The notes: a model not told the origin generated them from the sequence alone. Shown: positions 1-13,467, counted from the first letter of the whole stretch. The stretch: 63,127 nucleotides of DNA, filler included, from Conidiobolus incongruus B7586 (GCA_000697335.1; 9 parts of 9 records of this genome joined end to end with filler, not necessarily neighbours in it); one strand, 5' to 3'. A program made the numbers and translations.

Positions 1-1
1 T

Positions 2-1021
2 TTTCTGTGGATTCGATAGCATTTCTTTGAGCATTCCTTTAATCTTATTGATGATGGGAATTAATTTGGTATTATATGATCCATCAGGAGAGGAATAGTA
101 CTTTTTGAAGTAGTTTTCTATAGCTGCAATATAGTCCCCAAGGTTTCGATTGGATACAAATGCCAATGCATCTATTAAACTCTTTTCATCATCATCTCTC
201 TTACCAGTTATGCCGGGCTGGAAATAAGCTGACGGTTTATTGGGATCAGGTGATGACAGCCGATTTAGTTCGTTGAAGAGAGTCTTATAACGCGTAACAA
301 TAGTGGGATCTTTGAGATTTATATCTGGAGCTTGAAGCAAACTAATTGCTTCATTGTATGGCGTATAAAGCACAGAGTCTATTGTGCCATCTCTATTCAA
401 GAAATACTGATTTAAGTATCGAGTGATAAAATCAACCACCAAATTCAGATTCTCTTCATCAACCGACTGGATAGCATATAAAACATTCTGCTCGTCAGTT
501 TGCTGATTACCAGTCAAAGTCAATTGGATACTTGAAGAAAAATTCAGCTTATCTTTTGCAAGTGATTCCAATTGGGTGAGATAGGCTTGGATTTGAGTGG
601 GAGTTGATGAAAGATTTGCGTCACAGTCCCTGGAGTTTAAAAAGTCAAACAGCTGGCCAATAACACTGGATATGTCCGGTCTGTATGTGCCGTCTTGGTT
701 AGCAAAGTGCCGATACACGAACAAATTAATCAAATCAATCACTTGTTTTTTCGACTCTGGCCTCATTGAATTTATAACCTGCAAAACATTATTTTTATCC
801 GATTCATAATTCTGTCTAATGAATGAGGAAGTTTGCGAACGTGATGCTAATACTCTTGGTTGGTCCAGAGCAATAGTATGAACACAAACTTCACAATTGT
901 CTATAAAATTAAGCGAATTACTGGATTCTGTAACCGTATTGAGCTGAGACTGAGGATTGGCTCCAATGCCCAGCACTTGGATTAAAGTCACTATAAATAT
1001 GCTCTGTGACCACTTCTTCAT
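2..1021 (-). CDS. Secreted ~105-aa tandem-repeat protein, N-terminal part (runs off window start)
   Basis: Hand translation from ATG at 1021 gives 340 open codons to the window edge: MKKWSQSIFIVTLIQVLGIGANP (signal-peptide-like), then about 3 repeats such as QPGITGKRDDDEKSLIDALAFVSNRNLGDYIAAIENYFKKYYSSPDGSYNTKLIP that match the repeats of 59075-61494. Absent from the ORF track because it has no stop in the window. Confidence 0.85.
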   Translation of the reverse strand, partial: MKKWSQSIFIVTLIQVLGIGANPQSQLNTVTESSNSLNFIDNCEVCVHTIALDQPRVLASRSQTSSFIRQNYESDKNNVLQVINSMRPESKKQVIDLINLFVYRHFANQDGTYRPDISSVIGQLFDFLNSRDCDANLSSTPTQIQAYLTQLESLAKDKLNFSSSIQLTLTGNQQTDEQNVLYAIQSVDEENLNLVVDFITRYLNQYFLNRDGTIDSVLYTPYNEAISLLQAPDINLKDPTIVTRYKTLFNELNRLSSPDPNKPSAYFQPGITGKRDDDEKSLIDALAFVSNRNLGDYIAAIENYFKKYYSSPDGSYNTKLIPIINKIKGMLKEMLSNPQK

Positions 1022-1867
1022 ATTAAACTATATAGAAACAAAGCCTAGTACCAGAATAAGCTTTGAGAAAAAGAAACATAAAATTGACATTACTAAGAGC
1101 AATACTTTGAATATAATAGCAAGTGGCTGAGTTGGAAAAGTGAAACTCATTGAAAATTCAAATAGCCAAGGTCAACAGAAAGAGTTTGAATTTAATAATG
1201 TTTCAAATATAATTTGTTTATATTAAAGAATTTTTTCCAATTAGTAGTCCCATTTGAATATATAGATATCTCAATATTAACTAATAAAGTAATTATTGAA
1301 TAATTAGATTATTATTGCTACATTATTTAATGAAATATCTAATCAATAATATTGTTTAAGATATTTGTATTTAAATGCCAGATCATTAGGATATAAGTTT
1401 TTTCAATCAAAGAATTGGATAAAAATTTATTATAATAATCTCAATTGAATTATTGATTATATAATCAACTTGAGAGTATATTTAATTATATTTTAAAGGA
1501 TATGATCTATATACTTCATTTTTTGTGATTCTATATTGCATAAAATATAATTCATTATCAAAATTTAATTATTTGTTTGGTTTATAATCATTAAAATGGC
1601 AAAAATTCAAAGTTTTAGTTATTATCGTTTCAGAATTGTATGGCTCAGCTTGTTTTAAATAATTAAATTTATAAAGAATAAATTATAAAAATAAATTTTT
1701 GTTAATGTATTATATGGAAATTAAAAATAAGTTACAATTTTTTCAAATTAGAAATTAAAAACCTATACTCACAAATGATTAAAAATGAAATACTGAAAAC
1801 TATATAATACATGTCCATAAATAAGGAAACAGTTAAAATGGATTAAATATTTTGTAGTAAAAATTAT

Positions 1868-2413
1868 TTAAAGATATTTTTCAATACTCTTGAGATCAGT
1901 GATGGTCAAACTGGTGTTATCAGGTTCAACTTCAAGAGCTGTAACTTTTCCATTTTCTAAAACCATGGCAAAACGCTTAGAACGAATACCCCCAAGAGCG
2001 GCAACTTCAAAATCCAAGTTTAACTTTTTGATAAATTCAGCAGTGGGATCAGCTAATAAGGTAACTTTGTTTTCAGCGCTAAGATGATCTTGAAAAGCTT
2101 TTAAGACAAAAGCATCGTTAACAGATACACAGGCAATTTCTTCAACCCCTTTGGATTTGAGAGTTTCATATTGTGCGATATAACCTGGTAAATGTCTGGA
2201 AGAGCAGACTGGAGTAAATGCTCCTGGGATTCCAATAAGAATAGCTTTCTTGAATTTTTTAAAATGCTCCAAAGCATTAATGGGAGTGGCTGGGGAATTG
2301 TGATGTAAATCAACGGAAGGAAGTTGATCACCTACCTTAATGAAGGAGGCAGCAGGGGCATGAAATCCTCTAACATTAGACAGTTTGAGATATCTGTATA
2401 AATTCAATTTCAT
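1868..2413 (-). CDS. Peroxiredoxin-5 / AHP1-like redoxin with probable mitochondrial presequence
   Basis: PGAFTPVCSSRHLPGY peroxidatic motif, VSVNDAFV and RSKRFAM. Likely start MKLNLYRYLKLSNVRGFH at 2413. Intronless. Confidence 0.93.
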   Translation of the reverse strand: MKLNLYRYLKLSNVRGFHAPAASFIKVGDQLPSVDLHHNSPATPINALEHFKKFKKAILIGIPGAFTPVCSSRHLPGYIAQYETLKSKGVEEIACVSVNDAFVLKAFQDHLSAENKVTLLADPTAEFIKKLNLDFEVAALGGIRSKRFAMVLENGKVTALEVEPDNTSLTITDLKSIEKYL

Positions 2414-3129
2414 TTTATCTAATAAAATAGAATGATCAAATGATGAAATCATTTACTTTAAAGTATTAATTATAATTTGTGGGAAATTCAGGCGATTTTA
2501 AAAACTCATTTACGTAAATAATCCTCTCTTTTGCAGAACCAATATGAAAACTGGATTTTTAATATAGTTAAATTGTATTAGTATCAATTCAGTTTACTTG
2601 ATTTGTAATGCAGTCATAATGATATCAAATTAAAAATATCTGACATATCATTTCTATGAGTATTCAAATATAAACCCAAAATAATGAGGAGAGTGACAAT
2701 CGTTTTGGAAAATCATGCCTTTTAGTATTCTGAAGTGTGATTGGTTATTCATTCGATAGAGCATGATCTGCTAAAAATTCAAGATGTTTGAGAAGACCAA
2801 ATACTATTACAAGCCATTATAATTTAGTCTCATGAAACAACAGAATATTAATTCCTTGCTATGAACTCTTGCCCTTACAAGTAAATGAATATTTGTCACC
2901 TGATTTTTCTTAGTATAAATAGACCACTGAGTTTACTCCAATCTATTTAACTTTCTATTTAAAGGCGTTTACAATCCTCATTATCACTTGCTTAATTTGT
3001 AGCTGGATTATAATTGATTTCAAACCTCCCATAATTAATTACTAAATTAAGCTTATTGAGTGATTTCATATATTAGAACTGTAATTGTCCATTTAGACCT
3101 TTGGAGTAAATTTATTTGTTTAATTTGAT

Positions 3130-4053
3130 ATGATACAAACAACCGAATGCCCTCGCAGGTAATATTGACATATTACACACTCCTTCTTTTACTAATTTGC
3201 AAACCCTAGTTTTTCTTCTATTCAAGAAGAATGCGAATACTGGAAGCAAGAGGCACGCTCCCGCCTTGCTGCCCAAATTGAATTACAACAAGAATATGAG
3301 CAATCTAATGAACAAGCTAGGATTTATGAACAAGAGTTGGAGCAGGAGCTCAATGCTACTACCTCTCAATATAATGAACTTTTGCGCAAATTTGAACTTG
3401 TCCAATCCCAATTCCAAGACCTTAAGGCTAAATATGTCCAGGATAGCAATCGCTTCAATCAAGAAGTAACTCAGTTGCAAGAAGCTAACCAAAAACTCAG
3501 CAAAGAAAAAGAGTCCCTCAGTATGTATGTTCGTGAGTTAGAACAAGTTTCCACTAATGCTACTGAAAACGAAAGAGCTCTCACTTGTACACTTGCTCAA
3601 AGAGAACAACATCTCTTACAAAGTATGCAACGTTGTTCGCAATTAGAAAGTCAAGTCAACTCTGCTCAACTTATTTTTACCGAAGTCTTGCAATTGAGAG
3701 AAGAAAATGTCAATTTGAAGGCTGATGTTGAATATTTCAAATCTAAATATGAATCTGGAGTCCAGGACCAACAAGCCAGAGCCTCCTTAGGAGTATTAGA
3801 TAGCAATATTCTCAATAATTTCAATCAAGATCTCTTCACTCGCCTTCAATCCATTGAAGCTCATGCTAACTCCTGCCAACAAGCCTTACTACCTACCAAA
3901 TCACAACACCAAATCCTCCACCCTTCCAATGACTCTCCTTCCATACATCAATCATCATTGCTTAAGCTTGGTAGCAGTAGATTAAGATTGTTACGTACTA
4001 AAAGCGAAAGGATTTCTCCTGCTAAAATCAGGACATTGAACCCTATTCACTAA
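3130..4053 (+). CDS. nudE: Nuclear distribution protein NudE / NDE1-like coiled-coil dynein regulator
   Basis: Exon 1 is 3130-3158 and the GT-AG intron is 3159-3209. Spliced product reads MIQTTECPRSFSSIQEECEYWKQ...YEQELEQEL...YVRELEQ, matching the NDEL1 pattern FSSxxEExxYWK and YVRELEQ. Confidence 0.8.
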
Positions 4054-5258
4054 TTTACTGAAATTGTTTGCCAGTCTCGTAATATTTATCAAACTTATTG
4101 CGGATCTTTCATTTTTGTGGCTAATCAATCCTATCAATTCGTTTCAATTCAATCGGAACATCTTTGATACTGTTCAAGTGGACTATCATTCTACTAATTG
4201 TTTTTCTTATTTTTACTACTCCCATTTAAATTTGAAAAAAACAAAAAAAATGATACCTATAAATTATGAATACTGTCTTTTTCCAAGGATTCTAATTCTA
4301 TCTAATTCTTTACATCCTATCATTTAATTTATTACTTAATTTAATATTCTATTACTTATTATCTAAATTCCCCTTTCCCTAAATTATTGACTTATCAATT
4401 AATATATTAAACTTTTCAAATATCATTATGAAATAATATTTAATTGTATTTCTCCTTTATATTAAACTTTATTTGAACAATATTATTGAACTAATTGATA
4501 TTTTAATTCACTTCAGATAGTATTATTTGGTTTAACTTTTGACATAGAAATGAGATAGATAGAGTAATAGATATTGGTTATCTTAGAATATAAATAATAC
4601 ATGATACATTTCGAATTTTGGCTATATATTTCAACGTTATCTAATAATTAAGTGTATTAAAGATACGATATTATTATCTAAAAATTACATGATCTAATTT
4701 TATTTTCTACTAAAATAATAAAAATTCACTAACAATGTCTTTTTAAATTGTTATATTACTTAATATCAAATCTTTTGCTTAAAGATTCGGATATTAAATT
4801 TGGTTTACCAAGCTTTTTGCCCATTTAACATTTTATTTGAATCATCAGCTATATATAAGTAATTTTATTTTATATCAAAATTGGGATTAGTTAATTGATT
4901 TTAGCATCTTTGTAATGATTTAGTAATGATTTAGTAATGATTTAATTATATTTAATATAAATAACTCAAAAAGAAGTTAACCAATTTTTTCATTTAAAAC
5001 AGTTATTTAATTTTTAATTTTATTATTGTTTTTATTCCGAAATTATTATAATCAAACACTTGCCTATTTTGAATTACATTGTATTAAATCAGTTATAAAT
5101 GATTAATTATTAGTGATTTTTATTTAAATTATTTATTTGTATCATTTAATAAATGAATAAAGTGACGTGGTTTTCCCATAATTTTTGATAAATAATGATT
5201 ATTTTTAATTCATTAATAATATTTAAACTGTCAGATCTGTTTCTATAAATAATCTAAA

Positions 5259-6296
5259 ATGTCCGCTGAGAGTGATGAATCAAAAATAAATTGGGCTCCA
5301 TTAGAAGGAAACCCTGAGGTACATCCAATATTTATTATTAATAAATCGCTATTTATACAATTCATTAAATTTTAGGTTTTTAATCAAGTACTCTAATTTG
5401 ACTATAAAAGAATATTATAAATATTAAATATAATATATAGTTTTATAAAGAATTAGGAGGAGACGATTCTTATGAATTTGTTGACGTTTGGGGTACTTTT
5501 AATTTTATGTTTTTTTTTGAATTTGAATTCTGATTCATTTTATTTTTAAAGGTTTAGAAGAGAATTTACTAAATTTTATACCTCAACCAGTAATAGCTGT
5601 CATATTTTTATTCCCAATTTCTGAAACTGTAATCATTAAATCAATAACTATCCAGAAAATAAATTAATATGTTCATTAGTATGAAAAGTTTAAACTTGAG
5701 GAGGATAAAAAGTTGGAAGGAAAAGAAAAAGTTAATAATTCCAAAGTATTTTTCATGAAACAGACGGTTGGAAATGCTTGCGGTACAGTCGCTTTACTTC
5801 ATGGTTTGATTAATAATATTGAAACTCTTAAATTAAGTAATTTCTGTATTTCAAATTATTATATAACATAATTAACAATATTTTATTATAGAAAATGAAA
5901 TTTTGGAAAATTTTATCAAAGATTGCAATGATTTGAATAGCTTAGAAAGGGGCAATAGACTGGGGGAAGACGCAAAATTAGCTCATATTCATTCAAATAT
6001 CGCTCAACAAGGCCAAACTGACGTATGAGGTTGCTTCAATAATTTTTAATTTCAAATATTAATTTAATTATTTATAGAGTATGGATCCTGATGCTGAATT
6101 AGATCTTCATTTCTTATGCTTTGTCGAAAAATATAATGAGCTATATGAACTTGATGGAAGAAAAAGGTCGGCTGTAAACCATGGCCAATGTGATGATTTA
6201 TTAAGAAACAGTATTAAAGTCATCAGAGAGTTCATCAATAGAGATTCCTCTCAGCTTAATTTCAGTGTTATGGCTTTAGCTGCCAAGCAATCATAA
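5259..6296 (+). CDS. YUH1: Ubiquitin C-terminal hydrolase (peptidase C12, UCH-L3/Yuh1 family), multi-exon
   Basis: WAPLEGNPE, FMKQTVGNACGTVALLH (catalytic Cys) and LHFLCFV...YELDGRK (His/Asp). Several short introns, including a 12-nt exon at 5376-5387. Confidence 0.92.
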
Positions 6297-6886
6297 ATTA
6301 TTTTATTTTAAATATCTTCATTTTTAATAATTTTTTTTGTAATATATGATTATAAAAAAATTTTTCAATCATTTAAAATGATGATTTTTTTTGAATCCAA
6401 AATTATTTTGATTTTAAATATATGCTCTTTAAATTCCATTATATTCAATGAGAGTTTCTAAAAGGATTCAAATCTATAATAATTTGATATTAATTTTGAA
6501 TGATATACAATTGGTCAATGTTTTCAAGAATCAAAATAATGTTACTATCTCTAAAAACTTTTGTTAATGTTGTGAATCAAATTAACAATATAAAACTTTG
6601 GCAAAAATGAAATATATTTGAACTAAATTCTACATAATTGGATAAAGAATTAAATTAATTGATATTTTTCTTTTAATTAAAAATTGAAGGTAAATTAGTG
6701 AATTAAAACTGAAATAAAATTAAAATATTATGAAAATAAAATATATCTCAAAAATTCTATTTATTTATGGATCTATAAATTTGTTAACAAATCTCTATAT
6801 AATAAATATATTGATAAGTAAATATTGATCTTAAATAGACTAAAGGTTTAAAGATAATTTGATAAATGCTCATTCGCCAAGGTTAA

Positions 6887-8149
6887 TTATTGAGATAATT
6901 TGGGTTTTTTAGAGGCATAAGTGGTGGCAATAGCTTGAGATGCCATTTCGAGAGCACCTTCATAAGTTTCATTTCCACCAATGAAACCACTAGCATGCAC
7001 GAAAACACATCCTGGAATCTTAGAGAGCACAGATAGTTGTTGATCTCTAATACCTCTCCATTCTTCGGGGAGGGGAAGTCTAGAGACAAAAGAATCGGGG
7101 GCAATGCTGACAGCTTGAATACGGAATTTACCAGATTCGTCTTTATAAATCACATACAAAATTTCCGGTTCAATGGTGAGTTCTTGTTCTAAAGTATGTA
7201 AATGATCTTTCCAATTGCAATGTTGCTCAAGATAAAGAACTTGTCCTGAAGGATGTATTTCATTTCTCTTTTTGAGAGCATTTTCAACAATTTCACGAGC
7301 TGGCATCCAAGCATGAGCCAAATATTGAATTCGATCATCAAGTTCACCTCCAGCAAGGTTTGAAGCTTTAATAAATCTTTCCATTTGATCGATGCCAGTT
7401 TGATTCCACCAAGGATTCAAATAACTTACTCTAGCTGCTAAATTTGTATTATCGGTGTATTTGGGCTTTAATTCAGTTTCATATTTGTTGACACCATTAT
7501 CAATGGCATCTAAAGCATGAATAAAATCTTCATAAATTTTGTGATATAATACATCTACTTTAAGGTCAGTAATTTCCCATCCAGTTTTGTTGGCAATAAG
7601 TTGAGGGCCATAATGTCTAGAATTTTGACATTAGATTTTGAATTAATAATTGCATCAAATTATAATACTTGTAAATTAAACCAGCACTACTCAATTTGGT
7701 GGAGTATTTATCATTAAAAGTTTCATTGAATTCTCTCTATTGTAATGGTTAAAATAAACTAATTTTATAAATTTGAATATAAAACCTGATGGTGATCATA
7801 TCTACGAGTATTATGGTCATAAACACCACCAACATCAACAACTACATCACATTTTTCTAATTCTTGAGGATCTCTTGTTCTGATAAGTTCTTTTGAAAAT
7901 TAGTAAAATATGGAATTTTGAAAAATTTGATAATATTTACCAGCATCTTTATATTCTTTAAGTTGTTTCAGAATGTATACGGCCAAAGCTTCGTCACTAC
8001 CATACAATTAGTTAAAAAAGCAATACCACAAAAAGAAGTTACGAACCAGTGAAAGGTGCCGTTATGAGTTCCAATCTATATAAATGATATATTTCTAAAT
8101 ATAAGCTTAACAAATGCTTAAATTTTATTTTATATATTACTTTAACCAT
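6887..8149 (-). CDS. MYG1: MYG1 family exonuclease (UPF0160), multi-exon
   Basis: Spliced [27 protein letters not shown]...[25 protein letters not shown] and [11 protein letters not shown]. Confidence 0.93.
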
Positions 8150-8619
8150 ATTGAATCTTCTAATTAAAGAGCTAAGAATTTGTAAAGTTAATTTAAAAAA
8201 ATATTATTGAAAATTACAAATGAACCGAATAACAAAAGGATGTTATTAATAAAATCAGGATATCAAATGGTGAATATTATTGAATTAAATATTATGGGTT
8301 AAAAAAGATGATTATTTTGAATTATTTTTTTTAATCAATTTTTATACTTTTTTATTGATGATTTATTATAAAATTAATTTGATCCATAAAATTATGTATT
8401 TAGTAAAATTCACTATTCGTCTAATTATATATTCAAAATAGTTAACGACTAATTAATATTTGTAATCATTATTTACTAATTATTAATATACTCTAAATTT
8501 GGTTGAAATTTTCTCATTATACCCATAAATTGAACTATAAATTTCTCGATATTAAGATTAGGTGGAACTAGAGAATTTCCATCAGTCTCATTTTGTGAAT
8601 GAAATTTATTAATATCACA

Positions 8620-9660
8620 ATGCCTCTCTTGCCCAGTGTCATTCGCCAAGCCGTAAGAACTCACCAAGCTACTGTCATCTTTCTCCATGGATTAGGTGAT
8701 TCTGGAGAGGGCTGGTAAGTACTTTTATATTTATTTTCCACATTTACTTATAACTTTCTAGGGCACCCGTTGGTGATCAACTTCGTCAACATTTGCCTAA
8801 TGTCAAATTTATCTTCCCTCATGCGTAAATTGATTTTTCTTTCTTTTGTTTAGCTTTTAATTAAATTTATTTAGACCAAATCAACCTGTAACTCTTAATA
8901 TGGGTATATCAATGCCTTCATGGTAATTTGTATTATTAATTGATATACACTTAGTTTATTCAATTATTTCAGGTATGATATCCCCTCTTTAACTGATTTT
9001 AGTCGCCAAGACGAAGCTGGTTTACTTCGCTCTGTCAACCAAGGTAAACACCTGATTATAATAAATTACCAAGTTAATATTAAAAAAATTGTTAAAATAG
9101 TCAAAGAGCTTATTCAACAAGAAATTGACTCTGGAATTCCTCCTGAAAAGATCGTTGTTGGAGGATTTTCTCAAGGTAAGCATTTGATATATTTCGCATT
9201 TGTAATATAATTAATCAAGTGTCATATAATAGGCTGCGTTGTGTCTTTATTGACTGCCTTAACTTTTAGAGAAAAATTAGCTGGTGTACTTGGCTTGAGT
9301 GGTTATGTCCCAATTCATGACAAATTTTTTAGCGTAATTATCATAAACATAGTTTAATGATAAAAAAATAATCTTTTTATAATATAGTTGACAACCGAAG
9401 CTAATCAAAATACACCAATCTTTTTTGGGCATGGTGATTCTGATGAGGTATTTAAATTAATCGATGAATGAAACACAGTTCTCTGACCACCGAAATAGGT
9501 TATTCATCCCTCTTTATCTGTTCGATCTGTTAATCTTTTGAAAGAAAAAGGTTATAATGTTGACCATAAAATCTATGAAGGAATGGGTCACTCCTGCTGT
9601 AATCAAGAAATTATTGATATGGCCATTTTCTTGAATAGAGTGTTAGGATTCGATGAATAA
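8620..9660 (+). CDS. Acyl-protein thioesterase 1 / lysophospholipase (alpha/beta hydrolase), multi-exon
   Basis: ATVIFLHGLGDSGEGW, FIFPHA, MPSWYDI, GGFSQG nucleophile motif, GHGDSD and GMGH. An alternative in-frame ATG lies at 8599. Confidence 0.92.
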
Positions 9661-10146
9661 TCATCTATACAGCTATAATATATTTTATTCTTCTATAAAT
9701 AATTGCATTTTTATATATTAAAATATTTAGTTTTATACTTAATCTTTGATAAATGATTTTGCAATTCCAATAATTCAATTAAACAATCAAAATATTGAAA
9801 ACACATGTTTAATTGAATTAATTAATTAATATATAGAAATTGAATACCAATCAGTCTATTTATCTTCTTTAACTCTTATTATTAAGTTAAATAAAGATGT
9901 ATCGGCTGATATAAAATATATCAAAGATCTATCAAGATATAATTTTTTAAAATAGTATTAAATCCTCTAATTTATAGCTCTTTAATTGAATATTTGCAAT
10001 AAAATTTATATTATATTTTAAAAAAATAAATACTTAAATACCAGAATATGCTATATTAAAAAATTAATAATTAATAAGATATTTATTAACTAGTCAATTA
10101 TTTGGTTATTTTTATATATTTATTATGTAAAATTAAATTAAAAACG

Positions 10147-11358
10147 TTATGGATTAGAATATAAAATATCATAGTGGCCTGGACGATAAAGTAAATAAAT
10201 AGGGGGTAGAATAGATGATTTATAATCGGGATCTGGGAAGTTGTACATATTAGCCATCATCAAAGATTCATCTTTATCGTCATTTCCTCCAGCGAAATTC
10301 GGTCTACCATCCAAATAAGCGACTGTGACTTGTAATTGGAGAGCCTTACTAATTGCAATGATATGAATTTCATCAGATTCTCTACCAATTGCTTCAACTT
10401 GACTCACACAGAATTGATCCATATTTTCATAACCATCAGATATGATAAAAGGAAGATAATGCTCGGAATTCACTTTCAAATACGCAGAGGTAATGAAACG
10501 CAAATAAGCAACAATAGCATTAGATTGGTAATCAGTCTGAAAAGTGGAGACCAATTCTGTTAAAGCAATAAGCTGGCCCGAATCCTGCTCTTGACTAGTA
10601 TTTCTCTTATCAGGATGGACTTTTTCAAGTTCTTCAACAAAAGTCTCATAAAAATCTTGAATAGCTATCCATTCAAACCCGGCTTCAATTAAAAGCTCTT
10701 TAGTTTGTTTCACAACTTCCATAAATTTGTTGTGAGTATTGGCATCTGCAGTTGAAAGATATTCAAATAAACTAAAACCAAAAGCTATATACAATAAAAA
10801 TAGCGGATTAAATAAGCGAATTAATTTACTATAAAGAAATGAGTAATACCTCTATAAAAACAATTGCCATCACCTCTACATCTTCTAAATCTAGGAAAGC
10901 TTTCAGATAGGTTCTGTTAATAGTTTAATAATTAGAACATATCAAATAGAATTGATTAGTTAATATACCTGAATTTTAATTAGAAAAACTGGATCTCCTT
11001 CAGCATATTCATTCAGCAACGCTGAAAGTGGTTCATCAAAATTCACAAGTGGAGATAAATTCGCTTCACTTTCTTTAATATGCTGTTCATAAGAAAGCAT
11101 TTCTTCATAGCTGAATTCAGGCTGTTGATTATTACTATCAGTAGGATTGGTGCTATTAGGTGAAAGGTTTGAATTATTTTGATTAGCAACGGGATCAGCA
11201 AAAGGATTAGATGATGGTGATGGAGAAGGCAGTCTTTCGTGTTTTTGATGATTGGGTGAAGTCTTGTTAAATATATTACTTTGTGATATACTATTAAAAA
11301 TGTTTTTAATTGGAGTGAGTAATTTTTTGGACTTTGAAGGAGAATCTGGTGTTGACAT
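10147..11358 (-). CDS. Otubain-type deubiquitinase (peptidase C65), 3 exons
   Basis: Middle exon reads RRCRGDGNCFYR (OTU Cys box) and the C-terminus has LLYRPGHYDILY. A Ser/Pro/Asn-rich N-terminal extension precedes them. Confidence 0.93.
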
Positions 11359-12471
11359 AACTTTTTAAAAATCAATTATTAAATTTATTGAATTACGTTG
11401 TAGGACTTGAGTTTGAAGAAATATTTATAGTCCAAACTTGATCATATAATTTTTTTAAATGGGTTATTAATGACGCAAATAAATGATATATATCGAAATA
11501 TTATTGGTCAAAATATTAAAAGCCAAGAGGAGTTAACACACATTTTTTCTACATATTTTCAATTGAGCTTTATCCGAGAATCAGTTTAATTGGCACTCGA
11601 CCATTGATACCTACTTCAAAAAAAGTCCTTTAGACTTAATGGGAAAATTCTTAAATACTAAAGTATCATCATTATAATTTATATGATTAATAATAGAATT
11701 ATCATTGTCAATTCAGAATATTTAATAAATTTATATCTTTTATTATTAGTTGCTGCGTATATATTTTAGATATAAAATAACGTAATTAGCCAAGATTTTA
11801 ATAAAATCATTAAAAAAGTTAAACATTATAATATTTTATAATTACATGACAAGTTCTATACATTATCCAAAAGCAGTGAATAAATCTAGATTATGTTTTC
11901 ATTATAATAGTCAAATTATAGTTCAAGTCTTGATAATGTGATATATCAGCTATATTTGATGTATAATCTATTAATTAACTGTTGGTTTCATCTCAAATGC
12001 CTCATTAATCCATCTATCACACACAATCTTAAATATAAAATAAATCCTACGTTCATTAAATTTTCAAATTTGAAATTCAATAAATTATGCAAAAATTTGA
12101 ATGAGTTAAATGTATGAAAAAATTACTAATTTAATGAAATTGTAGATAGTGAAAATAATATTAAAAATCTAAATTTTTTGGGTAGAAGGGTGTTTGATAC
12201 TTTATCTTTAAATACAGTTTATATATTATTAATATAAAAAGTTAAAAGTTGATAAAATAATATGAACATTGGATAAAAATATTTGAATAATAAAAATAGT
12301 TTGCAGTATATAATTTATACAGATCAGTAAAATTTCATTTTGATTTAAAAGTTTATCCTTTAACTTTTTCTGCTTAAATTTATTCAACTACTCAAAATAT
12401 TGAAATTGTAGATTTGTACATATGTTTGAATAACAGACAAGTATATAATGATATAAAGATATTGATAACTA

Positions 12472-13467
12472 CTAATGATGAAGATTTAAGTGTTCTAGTT
12501 TAACAATATTACAATTGTCAACTTCGTAATGATAATCTTCCACTTCTACTTTAATCAAATTGCAAGACCAAATGCGACTCCGTAAGACACACCCCAAATC
12601 ACAATGCTTCTGAGGATCTTTCCATCCAGCTTTGTAGTAAGTCCAATCTTCTTCAATCTCAAACAGAGGATTGATTGAACCATTTGAGAGATCTGGGTGA
12701 TTCAATGGCGCCCATAACCAGTGTGAAATGGTTTGAATAGGATAATCAGGATGGATTTTAGGTGTATCTGATTTAGGCAATTGTAAAGAACTGGGAGGCG
12801 AGTCTGGAAGAGATAGAGGATTTGGCTGTATTATGGAAAAGTGGGGCAATTCTTGGTTATCAGCAACAGTGTTCGTCCATCCATTCCACGCACTCCATTT
12901 TTGTCTCTCTATTACTGAGACTTTAACAACTTCAGTTACTTTTGGAATTGTATCAGGTAGTGGTATTTCAAACAATTTGGATGCTTCAGGACATGGGGAT
13001 CCCAAAGTAACTTCAGAGTCTACATCTGATACATTGTCTTCTGAATTATTTTCAATGTAAAAAGTTTCAACAGGGTTTTGATAAACATTTTCCGAAGATT
13101 TAGGAGATTGATTATATGCCACCAAGTCGTATGATTCAATGAAAGATGCGACAAGCAAAGCTAATGGGGTATAGTTTGGGAAGTATTTTAAAGTCAAAAA
13201 AATTCCACCCCATTCAAATATGATTTTGGTTATATTGGCTGAGTTGGAAAAAGATAACAATAATATAAAAATCACTCCAAAATGCTGGTCTTTGGAAATT
13301 TGGTTCGATATGGTCCAATTAGAGAAACCTAAAGCATGATAATAGATAATAAAGAGAACTGAGCCATAAATGAACTGAATCAATAGACTATCTAAATTTT
13401 GAAACCGCGAGATTTGCTTTGTATTGACTTTGGGTGTATCAGTTTTTAAACTATCCTTTAAGCTCAT
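12472..13467 (-). CDS. Membrane protein with C-terminal DysF-like motifs (Pex23/Pex24/Pex30-family-like), paralog A, 331 aa
   Basis: N-terminal hydrophobic segments, then VIERQKWSAWNGWT and EDWTYYKAGWKDP...RSRIW, which resemble the DysF ENQR..W..GW and GW.Y....W..P......RRRRW motifs. Confidence 0.6.
   Translation of the reverse strand: MSLKDSLKTDTPKVNTKQISRFQNLDSLLIQFIYGSVLFIIYYHALGFSNWTISNQISKDQHFGVIFILLLSFSNSANITKIIFEWGGIFLTLKYFPNYTPLALLVASFIESYDLVAYNQSPKSSENVYQNPVETFYIENNSEDNVSDVDSEVTLGSPCPEASKLFEIPLPDTIPKVTEVVKVSVIERQKWSAWNGWTNTVADNQELPHFSIIQPNPLSLPDSPPSSLQLPKSDTPKIHPDYPIQTISHWLWAPLNHPDLSNGSINPLFEIEEDWTYYKAGWKDPQKHCDLGCVLRSRIWSCNLIKVEVEDYHYEVDNCNIVKLEHLNLHH

Noticed and set aside
8150..8205. 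In-frame upstream stretch FFKLTLQILSSLIRRFN before the MYG1 ATG, resembling a mitochondrial presequence
   Set aside because: No ATG before an in-frame TAA. A non-AUG start is possible but unsupported by the sequence alone.
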